Assembly (NCBI RefSeq): GCF_006345805.1
Contig: NC_043005.1
Location: 88,412,001 to 88,476,000, forward strand
From: Octopus sinensis
Taxonomy: Eukaryota
DNA: 64,000 nt
Direction of reading: 5' to 3'
A model generated the notes under the pieces. It saw only the letters and a program-made list of their open reading frames with translations. It made no database searches and was not told the DNA's origin. The position numbers and the translations under genes were made by a program. Below are positions 1 through 12,925 of the stretch, one piece after another (positions within the stretch are counted from its first letter, which is position 1; each line of letters starts with the position of its first letter).

Positions 1-184
1 TGCTCCAAGTTTCCATAACCTTACATCATTCTACATCCTGCAACATCTTCAATCACTGTTCCTCTCTCTCTCTCTATCTCTCTCTTACACATTACCACAT
101 CTCATTACATTTCCCAACACAAACTATAAATAACTGTCATTATTTTATGTATCTCTTTTTTCTTTCTATTTCTTCCCGATCCAG

Positions 185-422
185 ATATGGCCCTCTCCAC
201 GGTGAACCTTTCATTGATGACTATATCGCCATGCAGGAACAAGTTGTCGACTATCTGACGGAGTATTCCGGCATTAAACCTGATGATCTCATTGCTTCCG
301 TTTCCACAAAACATTTAACCACGCTCAAGTCAACGTACATGAAACTCCGATACCTCGTAGACCAAGGCGTTTGCTTTGTCGGCCATGGACTTAAAAAAGA
401 CTTCAGAGTTATCAACATTTCA
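185..422 (+). CDS. PAN2: PAN2 deadenylase catalytic subunit, internal exon (DEDD exonuclease domain); earlier exons lie upstream of the window
   Basis: AG at 183-184, GT at 423-424; [35 protein letters not shown]...[37 protein letters not shown] matches the PAN2 nuclease domain as I recall it. Confidence 0.95.
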
Positions 423-987
423 GTAAATAGCAAAACCTTCAGATTTACACGTATTCGATTATTACACACACACATACACATTATATGCCTATACAAACGC
501 ATATACATGCATATATGTCATTTGATAAGGAAAAAAAAACCTACTTGCAAAGAGTCCACCCATGACCATCATGTATTTTTTCAGCGCTTTTGAGTAATTC
601 AATGTTTTCTGTTTAAAATAGTAAAGTTTGATTTGAGGGAGACTTGGCTGCTATTTTTCGTTTGCCAATCAACTAAATGAAAATCTCCCCTCATATATAT
701 ATATATATTATCATCATCATCGTTTAACGTCTGCTTTCCATGCTGGCATATGTTGGACAGTTTGACTGACAGGTAGCAATGGTATCTCATTTTTCAGCTT
801 CACTCACAACTCAAGCAGCTGCTTGGTTGCAATAAGGTTTAGAAATCCTACCACAGTTAGCTTTGTCATTTCTATCCTTTTGGCACTCAACCGTTCCCCA
901 CCCCCACCATTATATTTCTGACCTTAGGCTTACATTTAAAATAAACATTCAAGCAACTTCTTATTGTAACCATCATATCTTTTACAA

Positions 988-1560
988 AATCATCATCATC
1001 ATCATTTAACGTCCGTTTTCCATGCTAGCATGGGTTGGACGGTTCGACCGGGGTCTGGGAAGCCAGAAGGCTCCAGTCTGATCTGGCAGTGTTTCTACAG
1101 CTGGATGCCCTTTCTAACGCCAACCACTCCGTGGGTGTAGTGGGTGCTTTTTACATGCCACCGACACAGGTACCAGGCGAGGCTGGCAACGGCCGCAATC
1201 AGGTGGTGCTTTTTACGTGCCACCAGAACGGAAGCCAGTCTAGGCGGCGCTGGTATCGGCCACGTTTGAATGGTGATTTTTACGTGCCACCGGCACAGGG
1301 ATCACAACTACAATTTCCATTGATTTTTGATGTTGATGTACTTGACTCAATAGGTCTCCTCAAGCACATGGTCGAAACAGTGTTTCTTTACTTGCCACCT
1401 GCACAGGAGTTAGTCCAGTGGCACTGGCAACGACCGGGTGCCAGTCATCGAATTTGGTTCAATTTCGATATCACTTGCCCCAATAGGTCTTCGCAAGCAG
1501 AGTTTAGTGTCCAGTGAAAGGAGGTTGGCACGGGTGCTAGTCGTCGGATGTGGTTTGATT
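988..1560 (-). mobile_element. RTE 3'-UTR remnant; representative of about 30 copies (e.g. 6794-6950, 7040-7520, 8030-8380, 13060-13360, 13470-13845, 22520-22950, 30912-31190, 35612-36140, 38864-39090, 42834-43330, 49783-49955, 55790-56048, 61798-62120)
   Basis: (CAT)n-TTTAACGTCCGTTTTCCATGCTAGCATGGGTTGGACGG...GGATGCCCTT; same family as the 3' end of the LINE at 14369-15372. Confidence 0.85.
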
Positions 1561-2857
1561 TTAAACTTTACATTGTTGTCACTCCACCTCTTGCTTTTAT
1601 AGAACATGTAACGTTACTTTAAACTTTCTGCTAATTTCTTTGATGCCAATGTTGTGTTCTTGTTGCTGTTTCAAAAAAATCTTCATATTAAGAACTTACT
1701 GAATACAACAATTTCTAAACTACCAAAATAGCGACATTTTTTCAAGCCATTAATGTTGAAATAGTTTTCTTATCTCTCTCTCTGTTTGCTTTGTTTAATT
1801 TCTCTATTTGAATCTTATGTCTTGGGAGGGTCATTACTCCAATAAGAATGCCACACACACATGAGTTCAAGATCACTTCTTTCTTGTTAGTCAATTTGTT
1901 AAGTATCTAAGTGATCTTTTTTTTTTTTAATATGCTGCTTTTAAACAATCAATCAACTGTTAGTGAAAGTCCTTTCGTCATTACTTGCAACCTCTTTAGT
2001 GACTTCCCCTCTCTCTTCCACGTCTGCTTTGCAAACCAAATACAAAAAAAGAACCAGAGTAAGCCTTATTCTAATGTTTTACAACTATTTTTCCAGAGTG
2101 GAATATATATTTTTAGTTTTATAAATTTGGATATTTGAATATTGTTGGAGCATCTGGTTTTGCTGGTTTGGCTACCATTCTTACCATTCTGCATTCAAAT
2201 GAAATATCAAAGAAGTATGATTCTAGAATGTGAGGAAAGTTCCTGTGGTCTTCATCGTGACTCGCCATTATTCATGTTATTGCCATTTAGATTTTGTCTC
2301 TGAGTCAATGTCGTTGACTTCCTTTGGGGTCTCCCTCTCTCAGGAGCTCTTCCCATCTGTCAAAGAGCAAGGCTGCTCATTGTCAAGTTGACTCGTAGGC
2401 AACATATGTAAACAAGTTGTGTAACCATATCAGTCTCATCTTTATTATTGAGTTGAATTATGTCCTCCTACCCAAGCAACATATACTTTTAATCTCTTTT
2501 CTTCCCCGAATTGAAACCGTAAGTATTAATGTCCAACCCCTTTTCTTTGCAGTTCAAATTGCTGTGAAGATTAGAGCTGGACAACCTTTAATTCTGATTT
2601 TGTGTCAGAATTGCTTTGCAATGGGAAAGTTCTGGAAGGCTCAGAGAAGAAGCTGGTTTATGTTTTTGTATTCATGAAGGGAGGCAGGAGTTGGTATTCG
2701 GTCGGGTGCACAGCTTATGAGATGCTGCATGTACTGTTTATAGGTTGACTTGTGTTTCAGTTGCGTAAAATCATTTTTATGACCCCTTGATAAGGATATG
2801 CTCCCAAAAGAAATTTCATAGATAAAGTTTGCAGAGGATGTTTACTGGACATTGCAA

Positions 2858-3272
2858 GGCGGCAAGCTAGCTGAAACGTTAGCATGCTGGGTGAAATGCT
2901 TAGCGGTATTTCGTCTGCCGTTACGTTGTGAGTTCAAATTCCACTGAGGTCGACTTCGCCTTTCATCCTTTAGGGGTCGATTAAATAAGTACCAGTTACG
3001 CACTGGGGTCGATATAATCGACTTAATCCGTTTGTCTGTCCTTGTTTGTCTCCTCTATGTTTAGCCCCTTGTGGGTAGCAAAGAAATAGGTATTTCGTCT
3101 GTCTTTATGTTCTGAGTTTAAATTCCACCGAGGTCGAGTTTGCCTTTCATCCTTTCGGGGTCGATAAATTAAGTACCAGTTACGCACTGGGGTCGATGTA
3201 ATCGACTAATTCCTTTGTCTGTCCTTGTTTGTCCTCTATATGTTTAGCCCTTTGCGGGCAATATAGAAATAA
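2858..3272 (+). mobile_element. tRNA-derived SINE with Nin/Deu-like central domain, internally duplicated; many other copies (30680-30895, 32135-32366, 44330-45000, 50810-51032, 57285-57505)
   Basis: B-box GAGTTCAAATTCC followed by GCCTTTCATCCTTTCGGGGTCGATAAATTAAGTACCAG. Confidence 0.8.
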
Positions 3273-3484
3273 GAACCCAGAGATCATTTGCAAAACGTTT
3301 TAAAAAAAAAAAAAACTATTTCCATTGTTTCCACATTAGTTATTGTGAATCCCTAATTCTCAGAATATGAGCTTTCAATTAATCAATCTTCACAGCAGGA
3401 ATTGCCTAGTATTTACTCAAACTGTCTGATTTGAAGAAATTGTGATGTTCTGTGAATACCTTGTTATTTTACATTTTTGTGTAG

Positions 3485-3578
3485 GTCCCCAAGAAACAAA
3501 TTGTTGATACAGTCGAACTATTACGGCAGCCAAGGCAAAGAAACATATCACTCAAGTTTTTGGTTCGCTACTTTTTAA
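3485..3578 (+). CDS. PAN2: PAN2 penultimate coding exon
   Basis: gtag|GTC...TTA A|gttagt; VPKKQIVDTVELLRQPRQRNISLKFLVRYFL; phase 0 in, phase 1 out. Confidence 0.93.
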
Positions 3579-4653
3579 GTTAGTGAGAAACACCTTTTTT
3601 TATTTCCTACTTGTCTAGTGTTTTTAATTACTGTAATTAATTTTCATTGTTATAATGTCTGTTAATTGATGATTTTAATTAAATAGTCAAATGCAAAGAT
3701 TTCATAATCAACTTATTTCCAAGGAGTAGTTCTTGGTGAACCAAATCACTGACCCAGCTTTTATTACCAGAAGAAGCTCGTTTATATTATTTATCATCAT
3801 TGTCATCTGTTTCCCATGCAGGTATGGGTTGGACAGTTTGACCGGAGCTGGCAAGCCAGAGGACTGCACCGGACATGGTTTCTATGGCTGGGTGTCCTTC
3901 CTAATGCCGGTCACTTTACAGGTGGACTGGCTGCTTTTGATGTAGCACCAGCAGGGTTGCAGTTATTTATAAATTAAACCAGCTACCCACCTTCCACACA
4001 CACACCCAAGTTGTTACTATCAAAAGGGCATTAGATTTGTAGTTAAAGCATCAGACGGAATGACTATTCATCATCATCATCATCATTGTTTAGCATCCGT
4101 TTTCCATGCTATTATTATTATTATTATGGTGGTGTGCTGGTTGGCTGAATTGTTAGCATTCCAAGTAAAATGCTTGGCTGTATTTCTGGGTTCAAATCCC
4201 GATGCAGTCAACTCTGTTATTCATCATTTTGGGGTTGATAAATAATGTACCTGTCAAGGACTGGGGCCAATGGCATTGAATAATTTCCCCTCCCTTCAAA
4301 ATTGCTGGCCTTGTGCCCAAATCAGATACAACTGGAATCAAGACAGTGTCAGGACCAAACTTCAATGACAGACTTCAATTTCCTGTTTGACTTGTATTGC
4401 TAATTTCTTTTGGAAAGGCATAAATACCACCAACCTCCACATCTGCAGATTTCAAACTTCATACTGTAATTACTTTTACCAAAGTAGTGTAGTTGGCACA
4501 ACCAGACCAGAATATAGAAAGGGATGTGATACCCAACATTGCTACCCTGTAGCTTTTAATGTCCAAAATCAACTTTATCTTTTATTCCACCCAACCAGGG
4601 TTAATAAATTATGCACCAGTAATATCCTGAGGTTAGATCCTGTTGACTCTTAA

Positions 4654-5377
4654 CCCTTTTGGCATTCATACCTGGATATACCCGGGTGAAATATTCTACC
4701 CATTTTATGTTAAAATTGGCCATATCTGGCCTCTCACACATACTCTACAATGTCATTCTAAAAATAAGTAATCACATCATTGAAATCTCGATGCTCTGAT
4801 ATGTCACCATCATCATTTTAATCCTTTCGTTACTGTATTTATTTTGAGATGTTCTGTGTTCCTTTCAATTAATTTTAAATATAACAAAGAATTTAGTAAA
4901 TTAACTTAGTTATCATTAAGCTTAGTGTTAGGAACATAAACTGTGACTAAGGTTTGGTGGAAGATTTTAATTCAAAACTTATGTAAACAAGACATTTATA
5001 CTACAGATCCAGAGCTGGTTTCAGCTGGGTTGGTAATGAAAGGGTTAAGAATTGTTTGTCTTTTATATATTTTAAGCCTTTTGTGACCATATTTCTGTTG
5101 AGATGCTATGTGCTTCTTTCAATTAATTTTAAATATAACAAAGAATTTAGTAAAATAACTTAGTTATCATTAAGCTAGTGTTAGGAACATAAATTGTGAC
5201 TAAGGTTTGGTGGAAGATTTTATTTCAAAACTTAATGAAACAAAACAAGACATTTGTACTCAGAGCCAGAGCTGGTTTCAGCCAGGTTGGTAACGAAAGG
5301 GTTAACGTCATAATCAATTAAAAATAAAGTGCTTAAATAAGCATCACATTTGACAAAGGAATCTGAATGGCAAAGGG
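4654..5377. mobile_element. piggyBac-type TTAA MITE holding two copies of a second TTAA MITE (4822-5044, 5076-5301)
   Basis: TTAA|CCCTTT...AAAGGG|TTAA ends; un-nested relatives of the outer family at about 21920-22140, 57790-57975, 58168-58380; inner family also at about 56050-56262. Confidence 0.8.
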
Positions 5378-5462
5378 TTAAATTAATAATGAACAGAGGC
5401 AGGAAAGGTGTTACTGTTTGTTATTGTTGATAAGTTATTTGCTGAGCTCAATCTACTTTCAG

Positions 5463-5674
5463 AAATGGATATCCAGTCTTTCACCCATGACTCAATAGAA
5501 GACGCACGTAGCGCCCTGCGTTTGTATCGCCTGTACGAGGAAATGGCCAAGAAAGGCGAAAACCACATCAAGAACGTCATTAAGAATCTTTATGAATACG
5601 GACGGAAAGTTCAGTGGAAGCTGCCGCCGCCGGAAGAACTTGCGGAGGCGATGCTTCCAGTATTTACATGTTGA
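5463..5674 (+). CDS. PAN2: PAN2 last coding exon
   Basis: tttcag acceptor, phase 1; (K)MDIQSFTHDSIEDARSALRLY...LYEYGRKVQWKLP...VFTC-TGA; HDSIEDA motif present. Confidence 0.95.
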
Positions 5675-5819
5675 CAAACAGACAAGTTACACTCAACAAC
5701 AACAGAGACATCTATTTTTCTAAAGAAAAACCAAAAATAGAAAAATTAACATTATTATAATTTTATCATATCATCAGATTCATTTTTTTTTATGCCCACA
5801 TGCATTTATTTATGTGTTG

Positions 5820-5823
5820 TGTG

Positions 5824-5860
<37 letters not shown>

Positions 5861-5967
5861 GTATGTATATATATGTATATATATATATGTATGTATGTAT
5901 ATGTATATGTATATATGTATGTATGTATATATGTATATATATATGTATATATATATATATATATATA
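5820..5967. repeat. (TA)/(TATG) microsatellite in the probable PAN2 3' UTR
   Basis: Seen directly, between the stop codon and AATAAA. Confidence 0.9.
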
Positions 5968-6024
5968 AATGTGTCTTTTAAATGAGATATATCTTTTAAA
6001 TAATATTTTTAAAAATGTCTTCTA

Positions 6025-6030
6025 AATAAA
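6025..6030 (+). promoter_or_regulatory. Candidate PAN2 polyadenylation signal
   Basis: AATAAA about 350 nt after the stop, followed by T/GT-rich sequence. Confidence 0.45.
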
Positions 6031-6469
6031 TTTTATTATTATTTTTTTTTATTCCATTATTGTTTTTTATATTTTGTTTCTCTTGTCACTTGAATGAACA
6101 TCACAGCATCACCCACAGGGGATAGCAAAACTCCCCCTCCTCCCGAGAGCTTCAAGAATCTAAGGATGTTATGTCTGTTGATAAAAGCAGTTCAATGAAA
6201 GCCGGAATAAAAAGCATGAGGTGGAAAGTGTAGTGTTTCAGGGAGGACGGTTTATTAGATCCCTTTGGGTCTTTCAATGCTTGGGTCAGAAACTTGCTAC
6301 CCGACCACATCCGTTGCAGGAAAAACCAACCCACAGTGGATAAACTCTGAAATACCATAGGTTTTTGTTAAATCTCCTCATTCTTTCTTTGTGTCTATGT
6401 ATGTGTGTATGTATATACATATATATACACACGTACATTTTTTTCTCTCCTTGTTTTTTTTCTGTGCCC

Positions 6470-6505
6470 CTTTCTGTAGAAGAGCATAGGCTCGAAACGT
6501 AAAAG
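6470..6505 (+). ncRNA. Minimal hammerhead-like motif with variant core
   Basis: CUUU CUGUAGA A GAGC-AUAG-GCUC GAAAC GUA AAAG. Confidence 0.55.
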
Positions 6506-6723
6506 ACTTTTTTCTATTCCTGAGTGTTATACTAATACATCTGTTTGTTTTGTACACCACCTGTCTTCGTCTTTTTCTTAAACTCTCCCTATATATATAT
6601 GTATGTATGTATGTATATATATATTGATAGAAATGGTAAGACAACAAAAGAATGAAAGAGACCTCGATATTATGTAAATAGAGGAATTTATCTGTAAATA
6701 TAATATGTGACATTTATTCGGTA

Positions 6724-6793
6724 GCCAAGATAAAACTCCAAGTTTCAGATGTTGGGGAGGAAACCCATGCCTCCATCTCTTCAGTTATCCGGC
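6724..6793 (-). ncRNA. Type I hammerhead ribozyme-like fold
   Basis: GCCGGAUAA CUGAAGA GAUG-GAGG...CCUC-CAUC U GAAA CU UGG AG UU UUAUC UUGGC: both core boxes plus three helices in register. Confidence 0.7.
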
Positions 6794-7016
6794 CATCATC
6801 ATCATCATCATTTAACCTCTGTTTTCCATGCTGGCATAGGTTGGATGGTTTGACTGGGGACTGGCAAGCCTGAAGGCTGCACCAGGCTCCAATCTGATCT
6901 GGCAATGTTTCTACAGCTGGATGCCCTTCCTAATGCCAACCACTCCAAGATGTAATAATATAGTTCTTTATAGATCAGCCATGTTATAGTAGGGGAAAAA
7001 ATTTTGCTATATACAT

Positions 7017-7064
<48 letters not shown>

Positions 7065-10000
7065 CCTGGCAGGACAAGTGAGACCATAACCCATGGCCTC
7101 AGTCCACTTATGCATACCTTTCCTTCTTGGGACACAAAATTCTACTTGTGAAGACCTGTTGAGGCAAGTGAAAATCGAAATCGATCAACATCAATGGAAA
7201 TTGCAGCTGTGATACCAGTGCTGGTGGTACATAAGAGAACCATCCGAACATGGCCGTTGCCAGCGCCGCCCCATCTGGCCTCGTGCTGGTGGCTTGTAAA
7301 AAGCACCATCCAATCGTGGCCGTTGCCAGCCTCGTCTGGCACGTAAAAAGCACCCACTACACTCACGGAGTGGTTGTCGTTAGGAAGGGCATCCAGCCGT
7401 AGAAACATTGCCAGATCAGACTGGGCCTGGTGCAGGCCTCTGGCTTCCCAGACCCCAGTTGAACCGTCCAACCCATGCCAGCATGGAAAGTGGACGCTAA
7501 ACGATGATGATGATGATGATACATATATATATATAGATAGATAGATATATATAGATATTTTCAGAAAAAGAAATAGGTTTCTTTGTACATGACATACAAA
7601 AGTTACTTTCCTGTTGGGCTGCAGTCATTAATTTTTCATTAATTTGAGTTGCTTTTTACTCTGGTGTCTGCTTGAACAATTTCCCTCATCCTGGGGTCCT
7701 TTTACAATAACAATATGTTATGTAGCTCTCATTGTTTTGAGGATTGTTGATGGAGATGTGTTGTGGGGTTTTCGATTTCGGGTTGTTTCTTTGTTTTGCT
7801 TTGTCTAAGATCTCAGACACTGAAGTTCTGAGTTTATTGAATTCCATTTATTGATTAAGGATGGCCAGTAATTCCTGTCAAGAAGTGAATCCTTGAGTTC
7901 ATAGTCTTATGTCACAGATGTTTGTACCAGATACACCCCTGTCAGTATTGAACCCTTGGCTGCTGCCTCTGTACAGCTTTAGCTATAAAACAACTGAATC
8001 CTGCCCAGCCCTAGATTATCAGATCAGTAATCATCAGTTAATGTCCGTTGTCCATGCTAGCATGGGTTGGACGGTTTGACTGGTCTGACACTACTGGAAG
8101 GCTGTGCCAGGCTCCAGTCTGATGTGCCATTTGTGTGACACCAGTATCTGTCATAACTTTGATTTTGCTCAGCTTGAGTCTTCTGAAAGGTCTTGGTCAT
8201 TGCCTCCATGAGACCCAACAGTTGAAAGGAACTCAGCCACTATGCCCCCATGAGGCCCAATATTCAAATGTTGATTTCTTTTTTTTTTTTACGTGCCACC
8301 AGCACAGGTGCACTTGGCCTGACAGGTCCTCTTAAGCAGAGCACATCACCAAAGGTCTCTGTCAGTAGTCATTGCCTAAGGAAAATAGATTTAAATATCT
8401 CATTTTTTACCTACAAATTGTAACTGCTTTGGTGGCCTGGTAGTTAAAGGTGCTTGTTGGTAAGTAGGTATTTAACATTTGGTTGAGGTTTCTAGTTCAG
8501 CCAGAGTCTTCAGTAAGCATGTTTTTTATTTTACCACATATGTTTAAAAAAAAAAAAAAGAAAAACTTTTTTACCTGCTAGGACTGCCCCAGGTCAGTAT
8601 TGAACCTTGTTCATGATGTCATCTTGTGCTTTTACCCACAGGACCACCACATCACCACAAAATAATGATGTGAAAAAGAGATATTTAAATCTATCATAAC
8701 ATCTGAGCAATCATGATGAAAGTTGGTATAAATCACTTTTTTTTTTCACCCCAAAATTGTTGATGTGGTTAAAGGTGTTTAAAACCTGAGGGTTTTTGAT
8801 AGACTGGTGGAGGGTTTAACCAATGGCGGGAATTAAATAGCATCTCATCAAGGTCTTTTTTTCTTGACTATTTAAATAAAAGTGAACGCACAGGCATTCC
8901 TGTGTGCTAGGTAGCTTGCTTCCCAACCACATGGTTCCAGGTTCAGTCCCACTGTGTGGCACCTTGGGCAAGTGTTTAACCTCATGCCAGCCAAAAGTCC
9001 ATGAGTGAATTTCATTGAAGGGAAACTGAAAGAAGCCTGTCAAATATGTGTCTTTGTGCCTGTCCCCCACTACTGTTTGATGATTGGTGTTAGTGTGTTT
9101 ACATCACTGTGACTTTGTGGTTTGGCAAAAGAGATTAATAAAGTATCAGGTGTGATTCATTCAATTAAAAATTCTTCAAGGCAGTGCCCCAGTGTAATCA
9201 CTGAAACAAGTCAAAGATAAAACATTATGAAGACCACCTCGGTTCAGGGCTTGGGGAACACTGGACCCTGTCCAGAATGTTGGAAGTGTGTGAGTGTGTT
9301 CACAAGGTCACCAAAAACAGCAGGGGAAAACTAAAATATATCACATCAGATCAATAATCAATAATTATTTTGTTTCTCCCACAATATTACTTCTGGTTTG
9401 GTGGGTTTAGAAGCAAAGATTGAAGGCATAGGTGCAGGTTTCAATCTGTATCAGAAAATACTGGGAACTTGTTAAATATTTACATTTACCACTGTTCCAT
9501 TCTGATAAGACTATTAACTGATATAATTTGGATTTAAATTTTATTTTTCATTTCCATTATTAAAAAAGAAGACTTGAAGGACAAAGGAAAAAGATTTAGT
9601 AAATAGATTATATGTGGAAGGCTAGAGGGAAATGTATGTATTCTTACTTTTTTATTCTTTTACTTGTTTCAGTTATTTGACTGTGGCCATGCTGGAGCAC
9701 CACCTTTAGTTGAATTAATTGACCCCCGGGACTTATTCTTTGTAAGCCTGGTACTTATTCTGTTGGTTCTTTTTTGCCGAACTGCTAGGTTACGGGGACG
9801 TAAATACATCAACATCAATTGTCAAGCGATGGTTGAAGGACAAACACGCACAAACTCTTCAATCATGGGGCAATATGCTGTGCTTGAGGGGACCCTGTTG
9901 AGTCAAGTGAAATCATTGTCATAGCTGATGCCAGTGCCACCCAAATGGCACATAAAAAGCACCATTCAAGCATGGTTGTTGCCAGTGCCACTTAACTGGC

Positions 10001-12925
10001 CCCCATGCTGGTGGCACGTAAAAAGCACCCACTACACTTTCGGTGTGGTTGGCATTAGAAAGGGCATCCACCCATACCAGCATGGAAAGCAGACAAACTA
10101 TGATGATGATATATATATATATGACAGGCTTCTTTCAGTTTCCATCTAGTAAATCCCCTCACAAGGCTTTGGTCAGTCCAAGGCTATAATAGAAGACGTT
10201 TGCCTAAGGTGCCATGCAGTGGGACTGAACCCAGAACCATATGGTTGGGAAGCAAGCTACTTACCACACAGCCACTCTTGCACCTATGCGTAGAATACCA
10301 CAAATAAATTTGAAGGATCATAAGCCCCATTTTGCAACTGAAGGGTATATTAATCTAACTGTAGGATCAAACTCAGAATATGTAAAGTAAGTAAATTGAT
10401 TATAGAGAGGCACAGGAAAAGCTGTGTGGTATGATATCTGCTTCGTAACTACATGGTTCCAGGTTCAGTCCTGCTGCATGGCACCTTGGGCAAGTGTCTT
10501 CTACTATAGTCTTGTAAGTGGATTTGGCAGATGGAAACTGAAAGAAGCCCGTCGTGTATGTCGTTATCATCATCATCGTTTAACGTCCGCTTTCCATGCA
10601 AGCATGGGTTGGACGATTTGACTGAGGTCTGGCAAACCAGACTCCAATCTGATCTGGCAGAGTTTCTACAGCTGGATGCCCTTCCTAACGCCAACCACTC
10701 CGAGAGTGTGTGTGTGTATATATATATATATGCATGAGTGTGTGTATGTTGTGGCAAAAGAGATTGATATATAAGTCTTGAGGTTGATTCGTTCCACTAA
10801 AATTCTTCACAGCAGTACCCCAGCATGGCCACAACTAAAAGATATTAGGTAAAGACATACTCTAAGAATAACCAAAATGAAGCTTGTGATCCAACTCTTT
10901 TGATGGAATGATTGGTTTAAAGCAATTACAGATAAGAAACTTAATTTATCAAAATTGATGTCCAGTTATTACTCCCCGACTCTGTTTTACGAAATAAGAC
11001 ACCCATCTTTGCAATGAAGAACTGCGATTTATATCCTGTGAAGAGAAATCTAGACAGGATACAGATACTATTTTAACAGCTGAGAAGACCAATTAAATTT
11101 GAGAATAAATACTGGACTAGAAAGGGTAAAGTGAATACCTTTGATATCCCAACAGGGTCCAGCAACTTTGCACAGGTTATTGTTTTCGATGGTAGATCTG
11201 TATTACATTGTATAATCCAGTCCCTAACTCAGGGAACTCATTATTTAAACAGGCAACATTTTGCTTACATTTCTAGATTGACTTTACTACATTTATATAT
11301 ATATATATAATAGAACTTTACACAGTTTTTCCCTTCATTTTTCCTTCCTATTCCTTTCTGTTGAAGAGCATAGGCTCAAAACATAAAAGACTTTCCGATT
11401 TTTCCCAAGCACTAAACTAAAACTCTTGCTTGTTGTTCCTACACCTGTCTTCACCTTTTTCTATTAATTTGAACTATATACATCTACATATCTACTTAGG
11501 TAATGGTTTCTACAGCTGGGTACCCTCCCTAACACTAACTACCTTAAAAATTGCAGTGGGAGTTTCTTCTTGATGAGTTCACCCAGTTCCCACAAAACAA
11601 GGCCCACTTAATTGAGTGGAGTATAGTATTGAAGGATAAGTAATTATGGTTGAGGGACAGGAGTGAGTGTCTTGCAGAAGGGGTGAATACATGGTTTACC
11701 CATCTAGAAACACCGAGAGAGAGAGATGTAGCATCAACGCACAAAGTAAAAATGAAAGAGAATAGGTGAAAAGGTTGATGGCCGAGTGCTTTAGAGTAAG
11801 GTCAGACATGACAGATTTTTTTCTCAAGTTACTGTTAAGGAAAAAGTCGTAGTACATGGCTTTAAAAAAAAATGGTTTATTGCAGTTAAAAGAAATATGT
11901 AGTTGCAATGTATATATATATATATTATTTGTATACATTCTGAGATTAATTAAGAAATATTATCACTGTTGTTAAGAAAAAGATTTTTTTTAATCTCTGC
12001 ACAAATCTGAGTTTGATGAATGCAGATGAAAGTATATAAAAAAATTATTTCTTTAAAGAAAAACATGCCACGGTTTTTTATATTGACCAAAAAAACAGAA
12101 ATAATAATAATAATAATAATAGTTCAAAGTTTATGGTTTGTTTTGTTTGCTTTTTTTTAAAGAAAAATAAACTAAATCTAGAGCTGGTTTGAAGAGGTAC
12201 CGAGGTTAAAATTTGTCATTTGATAACAAAAACAGAGAGTATTAACAAAAATGTAGCAAAAAGTCTTGGAGAAAAACAACTTTCCTTTGTCAATTGATAT
12301 ATTGTTTTAGTGATATTCCTCAGCTGGGAAACATAAGCATCAAAACACTGATGGAACACAGCTGCTAAAAACTGAGTCTAAGATCAAACAGAAACTGAAG
12401 AAAAGTCCTTCAAAAAACAAAGAGGTCTGTGTTAGAAAAATAATAAAAATATAAATCAAACAGGAACTACCAATTATGTGAAAGGGCAAAAATATCACTC
12501 AAACCCACTCTGAAGTCCTTGAAATTTTTATATCCATCACTGTAAAAATTATAATAATAATAATAATAATAATAGTGATTGTGTTTTTAATGATAATAGT
12601 AGTAATAATAATAGTGATTAAAAAAAAAAGAAAACAGATCCTTTGTAATAAAAAAAAAATAACAGCTAAATAGAGAGGAGTTTAGTATTGTAGCTACAGT
12701 TTTCAACTATTTTACAGTTCTGACAACTGTCAGCTTTCAGTTTAAAACAGTTTTTCTTTTGTTCTTATTTGTTGTCACCAAATATGGACAGACAGGTGGA
12801 AAGAAGAATCATAGAAAATTAGTTGAATAAAAAAAAAAAAAAAAAGACAGTGATGATTGGTGAGGATTTTCCAGTCCTTGAAGAATTCAACTGAAAGACA
12901 TTGATTGGCAGAAGAGGTTTGCATT

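Larger units (their letters stand above)
6430..6793. mobile_element. Two short Penelope-like terminal-repeat elements, tail-to-tail across a TA/TATG microsatellite
   Basis: 6430-6590 (+) recurs at about 11330-11480 (+) and 34823-35028 (-); 6624-6793 (-) is a different family; each has a hammerhead-like motif. Confidence 0.55.

Noticed and set aside
1035-1517. Recurrent ORFs such as MDGSTGVWEARRL...LDALPNANHS that look like a gene family
   Set aside because: They are antisense readings of the RTE 3' UTR, with frames and stops varying between copies.
5660-5674. PAN2 C-terminal cysteine as a prenylation signal
   Set aside because: Ends VFTC; a single terminal Cys fits neither CaaX nor CC/CXC.
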